Shown: positions 45,539-54,058 of the stretch, one piece after another
How the letters are laid out: each line of letters starts with the position of its first letter
Position numbering within the stretch: position 1 is the stretch's first letter
Source of the DNA: an uncultured Verrucomicrobiota bacterium
GTDB taxonomy: Bacteria > Verrucomicrobiota > Verrucomicrobiia > Limisphaerales > UBA8199
Direction: 5' to 3'
Length of the DNA stretch: 64,000 nucleotides
NCBI GenBank assembly: GCA_964623885.1
Contig: CAZUVM010000003.1
Location: forward strand, 5,001 to 69,000
Program-made: the position numbers and the translations under genes
Notes under the pieces: generated by a model
The model's input: the letters and a program-made list of their open reading frames with translations, nothing else
What the model was told of the DNA's origin: nothing
The model's database searches: none

Positions 45539-48022
45539 TTACTCTGTCTTTTCGACGAGGCCATTTGGTCCCGAAGTGATCCTCAGTAGAGATTTGCCCC
45601 AGCGCACGTGTCGGAGTGTCGCGGAAAAACCGCGCGGCTGGTTCGCTTCCCACAGCGGATTGCGGCTGCTGAAATTCAGGCTGGGATAAAACCCGAACAC
45701 CGTGCGAATCATCACGTCGGTGAAATCGGCGCCGCATAACGCTTCGCGGCAGATGGTCCCGGCGGTGGCAATGCGGACCGGGGCATCGTATTCCTTTTTG
45801 CGAGGACCGTAAAATTCGGCGCCTTGAGAGAAAGCGCCTTCGCGGGTCGCCGCTTCGCAACGGCGGTAAAAGTCTAATGCGTCCTTCCAGTAGCCGAGGT
45901 GACAGAGGCCGTCGACGGTTTCGGGCGGCCAACCGGAATAAGCGCCCATGGGGCCGTGATCCGGCCGATCGGACTGCTCGGCGGCGGGATCCTGAAGCGA
46001 TTGAGCGCGCATCCAGTTTTTCATGAGTAGCTCTCGGTCGACGAAATCGCGCATTTCAGAGCGGACCGGCGCGGGAAGGTCCTGGCCGATGCCCTGCGCC
46101 ATGAACTGGAAGTCGAGGCAGTGTCGCATATCGAACTGCCGTCCGTCCGGATAGCGGCTTTGCCAGAAGCCCTTGCCGCTCACGTAGAGACGCGGGTAAA
46201 TGGCTTTGACCAATTGCTCGGCTGCTTCCCGGCGTTGCGAGGCTAGATCTTTTTTACCAAGGAAATCGTACAGATCGGCCATGTCGCGGAGCATGGCGAC
46301 ATACGCGGCGTTGAAACCCGCAGTAGCGTGGATGTAGGTGGGCACGCATTCAAGAAAGTGCCACGGATCGCCGCCGAAATCGGCAAGGCCTCCTTCGGAC
46401 ATGAGGTAGTTGCGATAATGCAACGCGAGACGATCGAGTTGCTGCAAGACTGTCTTGTCCCCAACTTTTTGGTCCAGAAAAGCGCGGTCGCGGGAAATGC
46501 GCAGGTAGGTGGATGCGATGCGGAACAGCATCGGGTAATTGGCCACGTAACGGTACCCGAAGGCGCGGTTGCCGTAGTAATCAAACGCGAGATACTTATC
46601 CAGGTCCCACTGGAGTGTTTTGACGATGTAAGCGCGCATGGCGGAGGGTTCGAGCAAAGCAAAAAGCGTGTCCATCATGCCCGTGTCCCAGATGAACATG
46701 ACCGAAGCACCGTAACGTGGTCCCCCGGCCAGGAACACGCGCGAGCTGTAGGGCAGTTGGTCGCGGAACATCAATAGCATGGTGACGACCCCCATATAGT
46801 AATTCCGCCGAATGGCGGGGTCGTCGGTCTGCAACACGGGCAGGTTCTGTTCGAAGAAGCCGTTGCCCGGTGTGAAAACCTGTGCGTAACGCTGTTCCCA
46901 AAGAGTTTTCGCCTCTTGGAAAACCGCAGGAAAGTTCCTGGCCCAAAGATCCGCTCGCGGCCGGCTTTGTCCCTGTGCACCGAAAGCCATGACGAATTCG
47001 ATGGCTTTGGTTTGTCCGGGAGCCAACCGAACGTTCCAGTTCGCGGTGCCCTGGTGTCCGTCGCAGTCGAGCGAGTCTGGCGGCGTTGGGAAAGCGAAGG
47101 CGGTCTCGGCGGGGGTTTTTGTGTCGCTAATCACAAGAAGTTTTTTTGGAATTGGGATGCTCGCACGGTAATCATCCGCGTTGCTGGGGCGCCCGGGAGG
47201 CAGTTTGTCCACCGCCTCGCGCGCCGCCTCCGTTTCTTCGTAACGGCGTTTGGGGCCCCCGGCGCCGGGCTGAGCAAAAGCCCAGTCCCAGGAATTAGTG
47301 TCCGTGAGCTTGCTGACGGCTCCGATAAGGTCGATCGAGATCTTGGCGCTGATGTCTGCTGGTTGCGTGTTCGATAAAGTGATATGCCATAAAACGCCGC
47401 GATCATCAAAAACCATGCGGTTCAGTGTTTCGATCGCCAAGCCGTCAGCCTCACCGGCTCGCACGGATTGATAAGGATACCAACGGAATTTTTCAGCGAT
47501 CGGAACTTTGCCGTTGAGCCGGAACACGCCGCTGTGGAAGCCTTGAGAGTAAGGCGGCGAAGCGACCCAACTCACGCTCGCAAAATCCCCGTTCACCAGC
47601 AGCTCGGTTTTGAAGTTGTGGATGGAAGGGTATTGAGCGAGTTCATCCCGGGGCTTCCAGTCGCTGGCCAATGCGTCGAGTGCCGGCACTCCTTTGGGCA
47701 ATGGACATTTGTCGGCCGCGGCAGATTGCAGCAAGCCGGAGATGGCAAAGGCGCCGGCAAGGATGGAGAACGTGAGCTTTGAGCACCTCTCATTAACACC
47801 CCGCTTCAGTGGGGTGGGAACGCGGTCAGTTGAGGTTTTCAGCCGTTTTAACGGCTTCCAAGTGGACCAACAGTGCCAAGCGTGGTTGGCGGTTAAGCCG
47901 TTGAAACGGCTAAATTTCTGCCTGGCGAGTCGATCACCCGGCTGAAGCCGGGTGTTAATGAGAGTAACCGCTGTCCAAAAGTTGAGATGCACACTGCCAA
48001 ACAGGAGAGATTTCGTTTTCAT
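45539..48022 (-). CDS. Secreted protein, probable (alpha/alpha)6-type glycoside hydrolase (family unassigned); start uncertain
   Basis: A long clean ORF. A signal-peptide-like segment KLTFSILAGAFAISGLLQSAAA begins only at codon 82. Codons 20-79 are translated REP elements. The helical-repeat-rich C-terminal half (YYMGVVTMLLMF..., WDTGMMDTLFALL...) suggests a six-hairpin fold. Confidence 0.75.
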   Translation of the reverse strand: MKTKSLLFGSVHLNFWTAVTLINTRLQPGDRLARQKFSRFNGLTANHAWHCWSTWKPLKRLKTSTDRVPTPLKRGVNERCSKLTFSILAGAFAISGLLQSAAADKCPLPKGVPALDALASDWKPRDELAQYPSIHNFKTELLVNGDFASVSWVASPPYSQGFHSGVFRLNGKVPIAEKFRWYPYQSVRAGEADGLAIETLNRMVFDDRGVLWHITLSNTQPADISAKISIDLIGAVSKLTDTNSWDWAFAQPGAGGPKRRYEETEAAREAVDKLPPGRPSNADDYRASIPIPKKLLVISDTKTPAETAFAFPTPPDSLDCDGHQGTANWNVRLAPGQTKAIEFVMAFGAQGQSRPRADLWARNFPAVFQEAKTLWEQRYAQVFTPGNGFFEQNLPVLQTDDPAIRRNYYMGVVTMLLMFRDQLPYSSRVFLAGGPRYGASVMFIWDTGMMDTLFALLEPSAMRAYIVKTLQWDLDKYLAFDYYGNRAFGYRYVANYPMLFRIASTYLRISRDRAFLDQKVGDKTVLQQLDRLALHYRNYLMSEGGLADFGGDPWHFLECVPTYIHATAGFNAAYVAMLRDMADLYDFLGKKDLASQRREAAEQLVKAIYPRLYVSGKGFWQSRYPDGRQFDMRHCLDFQFMAQGIGQDLPAPVRSEMRDFVDRELLMKNWMRAQSLQDPAAEQSDRPDHGPMGAYSGWPPETVDGLCHLGYWKDALDFYRRCEAATREGAFSQGAEFYGPRKKEYDAPVRIATAGTICREALCGADFTDVMIRTVFGFYPSLNFSSRNPLWEANQPRGFSATLRHVRWGKSLLRITSGPNGLVEKTE
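47787..47964. repeat. Two family B REP-like elements in tail-to-tail (convergent) orientation
   Basis: Unit 47787-47860 is CTCTCATTAACACCCCGCTTCAGTGGGGTG...AGCCGTTTTAACGGCT. Unit 47892-47964 is its inverse: AGCCGTTGAAACGGCT...CACCCGGCTGAAGCCGGGTGTTAATGAGAG. Confidence 0.8.
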
Positions 48023-51009
48023 TGGTTGAGCTCGAATTGAGCGCGCACAAATCGATGGACGTACACGTCTTTGCCTTCGGGAGTAAACAATTCTCGCTCC
48101 GAATTGGGGACGTTGGTCGCATAGGTGAGAATGATCTCGCCCGGTTTAGTCGAAAGCTCGGGGTGCTGTCGCACGGCGTAGGACATGATCGGAAAGGAAA
48201 ACTGTCCATGCTCGGGGACGCGGTAGATGGGTTCAGGTTTGCTCCAGGGGCCGGTCACTTGTTTGGCGGTGGTCAGGAAAATTTCCGGACTGAATACGTC
48301 GTAGGTGAAGCAGGTGTAAAGTTTCCAGGCCGGTTCATAATGCACGGTGCACTCGCTATTGACCGGTAGAAACTGCGGGATGCAATTCGTTGCTTCCGCG
48401 CCCCAATGCGGGCCCTGCGGGCCATTGACCCAGTATTCGTACGCTTCCGTCAGCTTGCCTTCAACCAAGTCTATGGTGCGGATACGTGCGAGCGCAGTCT
48501 GGCGTGGCGGTTGCACCAGGCCATAAAGGTAGAGGTATGGGTCCTGCAGCAGCAACGCGGAGTGGAATGTGTTGCCCGGCGCAAGCTTCAGCGGGTAGGT
48601 CTTTTGAACCCAGCGCTCGGGCGGGTCGAGTGGGTTGGAGATGCGAATCAGCGCGCTGCCCGCCTCTTTCCAGCCAAGCAATCCCTCCGCGTCGCCGCTG
48701 ATGCACCAGGCAAACAGAAATAACTCACCTTTGAGCATCACTCCTTTGGTGACCCAATAGTAATCACCCGGAATGCCGGGCTGGTGTGGAAAAAAGCCAG
48801 AGGGTTTTCCTCCGTCTTTCTTCCAGTAAAAAGTCAGGCAATCCCGAGGCGACTTGGCGCGGTCCTGGATTGCAATCGTGCTGTGGATCATGGGTGCGCC
48901 GGCGACGCGCATGCCGTTGCTCAAGCTGCCTATGAAGGTATCGCCGAAGAGCCACAAAGTTTTTTCGGGCGAGAGCACAATGGATTCGCCGTCGTCCGAG
49001 CCCAGCCAACCGTTGGTTCGCAAGCCGAGCATGTCTTTGTAAACAGGATCGGGCCCGATTGAAATAAGACGCAAGGGATGGACATCTGACACCGAATGCG
49101 CGCTTGCCGAGTCGGGGGCATCGGCACTGAATGAAATCGATCTGGCACTACTTGGTCTGATTGCAGCCCGCATTAAAATGCCGTTCGGAGTATTGGTCAC
49201 ACTTTCGAACCCACCCACGTGCAGAGCCACGGCGCCTCGGGTGAGCGTCATTTGGCCGTTGTTGGTAGAACCGGATAGCTTCACGTGTGGTGAAAGCGCC
49301 AACTGAAAGGTAATTGGGTCTTTGGCCGAATTCGTGATCGACCATCGCATGGACCTTTCTTCGAAACCCATTTGGAATGTCACGTCCTCGTCGGCGCACG
49401 CGAGCAGTTGTGGCCCGAGTTCATGAATGGTGGTGAGCGTTCGCGGTCCCCAAAAGCCTGGGATGCTGCTGCCGCCAGCCGCGCCCGGCTCGTTGGAGAG
49501 AAATTGCGCACCCTTGAACAGCAGGCCGGTAACCTTGCCGGTCGCGTCGATGACCACCTCGTAGGTTGAAGTAGCCACGCGCCTTGTTGCCTGTTGCTTC
49601 TGAAGCTCTGCATTTGAGCACGGCAGGGTGTCAGTTCGGAAAGGCGCCGCGGGCAGGCCGAACTTGTTGACCAATGTGGCGGTGGGCATGGATGCCCAGG
49701 CATAACGGACTGTCTTTGGATGAGGAACTGCCGCGCTGCTGAGCACGACGCTCTCGCCCTCGATGCGAGCATCGGCAAATCGATACTCGCCGTCTTCACC
49801 GGCGAGTGCAAAACCTTCAAGGCCATTTCTGCCAGTGGTAGCTAGACCAGCACCTGCCGTATCGAATTCGACGCGAATGCTCGAGCCCTCCGCCTTTGCC
49901 TCCTTGAACACCGGACCGGTCGCGATAAGGTTTTCACTATAGGCAACCTTGCGCGCGAGCAGGGCCGCGCGCCGGCCGATTTCCAGTTTTTCCTTTGGAT
50001 GCAAATTGGACCCGTCCGTCGTGCCAATGGTGACAACAAGCGCCGCATTTGAGATCGATTGCGCTGCTTTCGCCTGCGTCTCACGAATCCATGGCCAGTA
50101 GAAACCCTCCCAGAGGTTGGCATAATCGGGAAGCTGCACGATGAGAAAAGGAAGGTTGGGCTCACCAAATTGCTTCCTCCATTCGGAGATCATCGTGGAT
50201 AGCAGCGCCGGATATGTTTTTGGGTGCGCCGAATTGCTTTCGCCCTGGTACCAAATGACCCCTTTGAACGCGGTCTGACCCAGCGGGGCAATCATGCCAT
50301 TGTAGAGATTGGCCGGTTTGATCCCGAACATGGAATCGTGGAGGTCGTCTGACGCGAAATTTGAAAGGGCAGGTTCCGGGATCCAGCCTTCGCAAGTTGT
50401 GCCGCCAAAGGAACTGTCTATCAGGCCGATTGGCACATCTGCCAATGCCGGGTCTTTGAGCAGCTCAATCGCAAAAAAACAAGCGACGGCGGAAAAATTG
50501 CGGGCTGCGTCCGGCGCCCACGTATGCCACTTGATATCAGCAGCGGACTGCGGTTTGGCACTTGGCTTTTTGGCCACGCTGCACAACCGTAAATTCGGTC
50601 GCTCCACCAATGCCGTTTTTTGCTCCTCCGGCAGTGCCTCCTTGACTGGCAACTGCATGTTGGATTGCCCGGAGCAAAGCCAGACATCGCCGCAAAGCAC
50701 GTTCGTCAGTTTTATAAGACTGCCGTCGCCGTTAATGGTCAGGGTATATGGACCGCCCACATCGAGTCGCGGCAAAGAAATTTGCCAATGGCCGTCGGCC
50801 CCTGCCTGCACCGTGGTCTGCTCCTTGGCCAGGCTGACTTCAATAGTGGTGTCAGGACTGGCTTGACCCCACACGCGCACGGGTTGGCCGCGCTGAACAA
50901 CCATGTCGCTGCCGAATATTTCCGGCAGCCGCAATTCAGCATCGGCAAGGCTGCAAGCCAGCAGCGCTCCAACCACCAGAAGCAAACGAATCATGAACTT
51001 AGTGGTCAT
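48019..51009 (-). CDS. Sialate O-acetylesterase (SASA/DUF303-type SGNH) fused to a C-terminal DUF4185-like beta-propeller domain
   Basis: ATG 51009 gives the signal peptide MTTKFMIRLLLVVGALLACSLADA. LPEIFGSDMVVQRGQPVRVWG and DVWLCSGQSNM are SASA hallmarks. The C-terminal NGWLGSDDGESIVL...LWLFGDTFIG is paralogous to the 42942 protein. It has an ATGA overlap with the downstream ORF. Confidence 0.85.
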   Translation of the reverse strand: MTTKFMIRLLLVVGALLACSLADAELRLPEIFGSDMVVQRGQPVRVWGQASPDTTIEVSLAKEQTTVQAGADGHWQISLPRLDVGGPYTLTINGDGSLIKLTNVLCGDVWLCSGQSNMQLPVKEALPEEQKTALVERPNLRLCSVAKKPSAKPQSAADIKWHTWAPDAARNFSAVACFFAIELLKDPALADVPIGLIDSSFGGTTCEGWIPEPALSNFASDDLHDSMFGIKPANLYNGMIAPLGQTAFKGVIWYQGESNSAHPKTYPALLSTMISEWRKQFGEPNLPFLIVQLPDYANLWEGFYWPWIRETQAKAAQSISNAALVVTIGTTDGSNLHPKEKLEIGRRAALLARKVAYSENLIATGPVFKEAKAEGSSIRVEFDTAGAGLATTGRNGLEGFALAGEDGEYRFADARIEGESVVLSSAAVPHPKTVRYAWASMPTATLVNKFGLPAAPFRTDTLPCSNAELQKQQATRRVATSTYEVVIDATGKVTGLLFKGAQFLSNEPGAAGGSSIPGFWGPRTLTTIHELGPQLLACADEDVTFQMGFEERSMRWSITNSAKDPITFQLALSPHVKLSGSTNNGQMTLTRGAVALHVGGFESVTNTPNGILMRAAIRPSSARSISFSADAPDSASAHSVSDVHPLRLISIGPDPVYKDMLGLRTNGWLGSDDGESIVLSPEKTLWLFGDTFIGSLSNGMRVAGAPMIHSTIAIQDRAKSPRDCLTFYWKKDGGKPSGFFPHQPGIPGDYYWVTKGVMLKGELFLFAWCISGDAEGLLGWKEAGSALIRISNPLDPPERWVQKTYPLKLAPGNTFHSALLLQDPYLYLYGLVQPPRQTALARIRTIDLVEGKLTEAYEYWVNGPQGPHWGAEATNCIPQFLPVNSECTVHYEPAWKLYTCFTYDVFSPEIFLTTAKQVTGPWSKPEPIYRVPEHGQFSFPIMSYAVRQHPELSTKPGEIILTYATNVPNSERELFTPEGKDVYVHRFVRAQFELNQ

Positions 51010-51015
51010 GACCAC

Positions 51016-51750
51016 CTAAGCTTCGCCGCGGCGCAGGTCCATTGTTAGGGTGAATCGGGAACTGACGTAACGCACCTCAGCAAATTCAAAGGGCCGATTG
51101 CCCGGATCAAATACGGTATGCTCGCGCAACAGGAGCGGCGTGCCGGACGGCACGCGCAGCAAACGCGCCCGCTGAACATCCGCGACCGTGGCCAGAAATT
51201 CCTCGCGCGCATGATGTGGGCGAACTCCGGCTGCTTTCTCCAACGTGGCGTAAAGTGTAGCACTGAAGTCCTCGTCGCCCTTAAGTCCCAGTCGAGGATG
51301 AAACCACGATGTGCTTTGGAGAACCGGTCTGCCGTTCCAGCCGCGCACGCGATCCAATCGCCAGACGGGAGTTCCCGGATTCAATTGCAGCGAGCGGGCT
51401 GCGCCGGGGCTGGCCGGTACGCGGCGATAAGTCAGCCGGAAATTTTTGACGCTGATTCCCTTGGCCGCCATCTCCTGGGTGAAACTGCGCCATGCGCGAA
51501 TGCCGGACTCGACGTGATTCTGGCTGACACGCGTGCCGATGCCGGCTTTGCGCTCCAACAGTCCCTCGAAAACGAGTTTGCTGATGCCGGAACGAATCGT
51601 TCCGCGGCTGACCCCAAGTTGCGCCGCGAGTTTGAGTTCGTTTGGGAGCAAGGCGCCCTTCTGGTATCCGGATTCCAGGGTTAATTTGCGCAGCACGTTC
51701 TCGACTTGTGCGCGAAGCGGTAAGGCGCTCTGGTGATCCAGTTTGAGCAT
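51016..51750 (-). CDS. GntR-family (HutC/UTRA subfamily) transcriptional regulator
   Basis: ATG 51750 (MLKLDHQSALPLRAQVENVL...). The wHTH LPNELKLAAQLGVSRGTIRSGISKLVFEGLLERKAGIGTRV is followed by a UTRA-like C-terminal domain. Confidence 0.88.
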   Translation of the reverse strand: MLKLDHQSALPLRAQVENVLRKLTLESGYQKGALLPNELKLAAQLGVSRGTIRSGISKLVFEGLLERKAGIGTRVSQNHVESGIRAWRSFTQEMAAKGISVKNFRLTYRRVPASPGAARSLQLNPGTPVWRLDRVRGWNGRPVLQSTSWFHPRLGLKGDEDFSATLYATLEKAAGVRPHHAREEFLATVADVQRARLLRVPSGTPLLLREHTVFDPGNRPFEFAEVRYVSSRFTLTMDLRRGEA

Positions 51751-51909
51751 TGGCGATAAGTATATACAAAGTCCGCGAGCAGCGTCAAACGGAGCGCGAG
51801 CGGTCCCCGCTCGCAGCGTTTGGACGGGTCCTACGCTGCGATCTGGACCAGCGCACTCTGGCTCAGCGGCTGCATTTTCCAATACGCTCTAGCCGTATCC
51901 ATGCAGTTG

Positions 51910-52067
51910 AAAACCACAGATGGACACGGATGAACACAGATTTGCTGTAACGGCAGCAACACAGCGCCGGTCGAGTGCGGAATTACCAATAAGAGATGTT
52001 GCTACCGATGGTAGGAATCGTGCTCCAGATCCTCTTCATCAGTGTTTATCTGAGTGAATCTGTGGTT
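51910..52067. repeat. Family C inverted-repeat module, second locus (93-nt spacer)
   Basis: The left arm is AAAACCACAGATGGACACGGATGAACACAGATTT (51910-51943). The right arm is CATCAGTGTTTATCTGAGTGAATCTGTGGTT (52037-52067). The terminal AACCACAGAT blocks pair perfectly. Confidence 0.75.
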
Positions 52068-52105
52068 AAACTGATCGTGCCTTAGACCCAACTGTCGTTT
52101 CGCTT

Positions 52106-53938
52106 TTACGCTTGTTTCAACCGGATCATCACCACGGTGCATTGTGAGCCATCAGGGCTGATGAACTCGTAATCCCCGAACGCGGCTGGAATGAGGCAGG
52201 CCTGCAGAAAATCCAGTGTGGTCTGCCGCGCCGGATCCTGCCGGGAGCGAATGATCACCGATTTGCCGACAGTAAGCGTTGGAATTTGCAGGAACCGCCC
52301 TTCAGTGCTGTGCGCCATCGGCTTCGTAAAGACAAAGCGTTCGATCTCGAAGGGCATTTCTGAAATGGAAGTGTAGCGATCCATCCGCGTTTCGCCATCG
52401 CCGCGCACTACTACCGGCCGCGCGCGCAGATGCTCCTGCACATATTTTTCCCGACGCCACTTGTTGTTTCGAAACGAATGTTCCAGATGCATGCGCATGG
52501 GCGGCGCGGTCATCGTTTTGGCCTTGTCGTCCCAGGTATGCCTCGCGAAGTCATACGTGAAGAAGGAATATTCCGTGCCCGCTACGCTCGGGCCCGTGTC
52601 CATTTCCAGGATCATCTGGTTGCCGCCGTGACCGTGCTCGGTGCCAGGTGGGATTAGGAACAGGTCGCCCACATTGGTGGCCCAGCGACGGATGAACTTT
52701 TGCCAATCAAATACCTTTCGATTATTTGAGTTGCGGCAAAGTCGTTCGTATTCTTCCAAGTCGGCATCTTCCTTGAATCCCATCATCGTGCCGGCGTCGG
52801 GATAGGCCTCTACAATGTAGTAAGTCTCGTACCGGCCCAGTGGCTCGTTGAAATTCCTTTTGTTGTAATCGGTGTCCGGATGATTGTGGATAGGCATGCT
52901 GCCGCGTTCATAAGGGACTGGTTCGGCGAAGTAGCCGTCGTCGAGCCACACTTGCAGCGGCAGCAGATCAGGATATTTATCGTGAACATACTGCCCGACT
53001 ATTTGGACCGGGCGTTGCATGATGTTCTGACAGGGAATGTTGAATTCGGCGCTCGCCCCCACGTCCACCAGAATGCTCAGCTCGATGCCGGCCAATTCGT
53101 TCCAAGCCATGTTTTCGAGACCGGGAATCTCATCGTAGATTTGCTTGAAGCGATAGGAGCCCCACGGGCCAGGCTGCGTAATTTTGACCTGCTTAATCGG
53201 ACCCTTAACCAGATCATCGATGATCGTGTTATAGCCCTTCGCCGAAACCATCTTCAGATTCCGAGCATCCACCGCTTCTATGTAGTAATCCATGCGCGCG
53301 AAAGCCTTTTTCTTTTGCCGCAGCAAGAGATAGAAATCGCAATAATAGTACTTCTTCCATTGATAATTCGGCGTAGGAGTCTCCGAACCAAAGGTAACGA
53401 GCTTGCCGTCCCACATCTGCCAGAGTAACGGCTGCATGGTGAAATCAGCGTAGAACCTCAGGTCATACAGATCTTGCAGTGCCGCGATTGCGGCACCAGG
53501 ACCGACAACGAGGACCACGTCCACTTTGGTCTCTTTGCGTTGGCTAAGGCGCTGCTGCAAAGCGGCCAATTTCGTCTGGTCGAGAATGTCCTCAAGCGTG
53601 CCCTTTGAGTTCACGTAACCAAACGAGGGGTCGTCGGTAACGAATGGGCGGCGGTAGGCCTCAATTTCCTCAATGCTTTTAAACAAACCCGCTGTGGAAA
53701 GGATCTCAACGGAAGCGCCTTTAGCGGCCTCGCGTAAACCAGACTGGAGCGCTGTCCAATCTACGCCATACCAGCCATCGATCGCGGCGGCTGCAGGCCG
53801 TCCGGATGCGCGCTTGTCCCGGATCAGAGCGAGCACGTGGTCGAGGACAGCTTGTGTTCCACAGACGACTTCCTGTCGAACGGATGGCGGGACGGTGACA
53901 TGGTTGGTGGCGTTCTTGCGATATTCGTAGAGGGGCAT
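52106..53938 (-). CDS. Type I phosphomannose-isomerase-like cupin protein with ~300-aa N-terminal extension
   Basis: FLIPPGTEHGHGGNQMILEMDTGPSVAGTEYSFFTYDFARH parallels the PMI type I motif (GTxHAxGxG...E.Q..SD.TYR.YDY.R). An upstream MPIHNHPD provides candidate metal ligands. Confidence 0.6.
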   Translation of the reverse strand: MPLYEYRKNATNHVTVPPSVRQEVVCGTQAVLDHVLALIRDKRASGRPAAAAIDGWYGVDWTALQSGLREAAKGASVEILSTAGLFKSIEEIEAYRRPFVTDDPSFGYVNSKGTLEDILDQTKLAALQQRLSQRKETKVDVVLVVGPGAAIAALQDLYDLRFYADFTMQPLLWQMWDGKLVTFGSETPTPNYQWKKYYYCDFYLLLRQKKKAFARMDYYIEAVDARNLKMVSAKGYNTIIDDLVKGPIKQVKITQPGPWGSYRFKQIYDEIPGLENMAWNELAGIELSILVDVGASAEFNIPCQNIMQRPVQIVGQYVHDKYPDLLPLQVWLDDGYFAEPVPYERGSMPIHNHPDTDYNKRNFNEPLGRYETYYIVEAYPDAGTMMGFKEDADLEEYERLCRNSNNRKVFDWQKFIRRWATNVGDLFLIPPGTEHGHGGNQMILEMDTGPSVAGTEYSFFTYDFARHTWDDKAKTMTAPPMRMHLEHSFRNNKWRREKYVQEHLRARPVVVRGDGETRMDRYTSISEMPFEIERFVFTKPMAHSTEGRFLQIPTLTVGKSVIIRSRQDPARQTTLDFLQACLIPAAFGDYEFISPDGSQCTVVMIRLKQA

Positions 53939-54058
53939 GGATTGGCTTCAATATGCGGATCAGCCGCTGATTGGCAAGTTCTCGTCAAGAGGACTCCGCG
54001 CTGGATGCCGAGGACCGCTCTGCCTATGATTCCATGACATATCAAAAGTGCTACCCTT

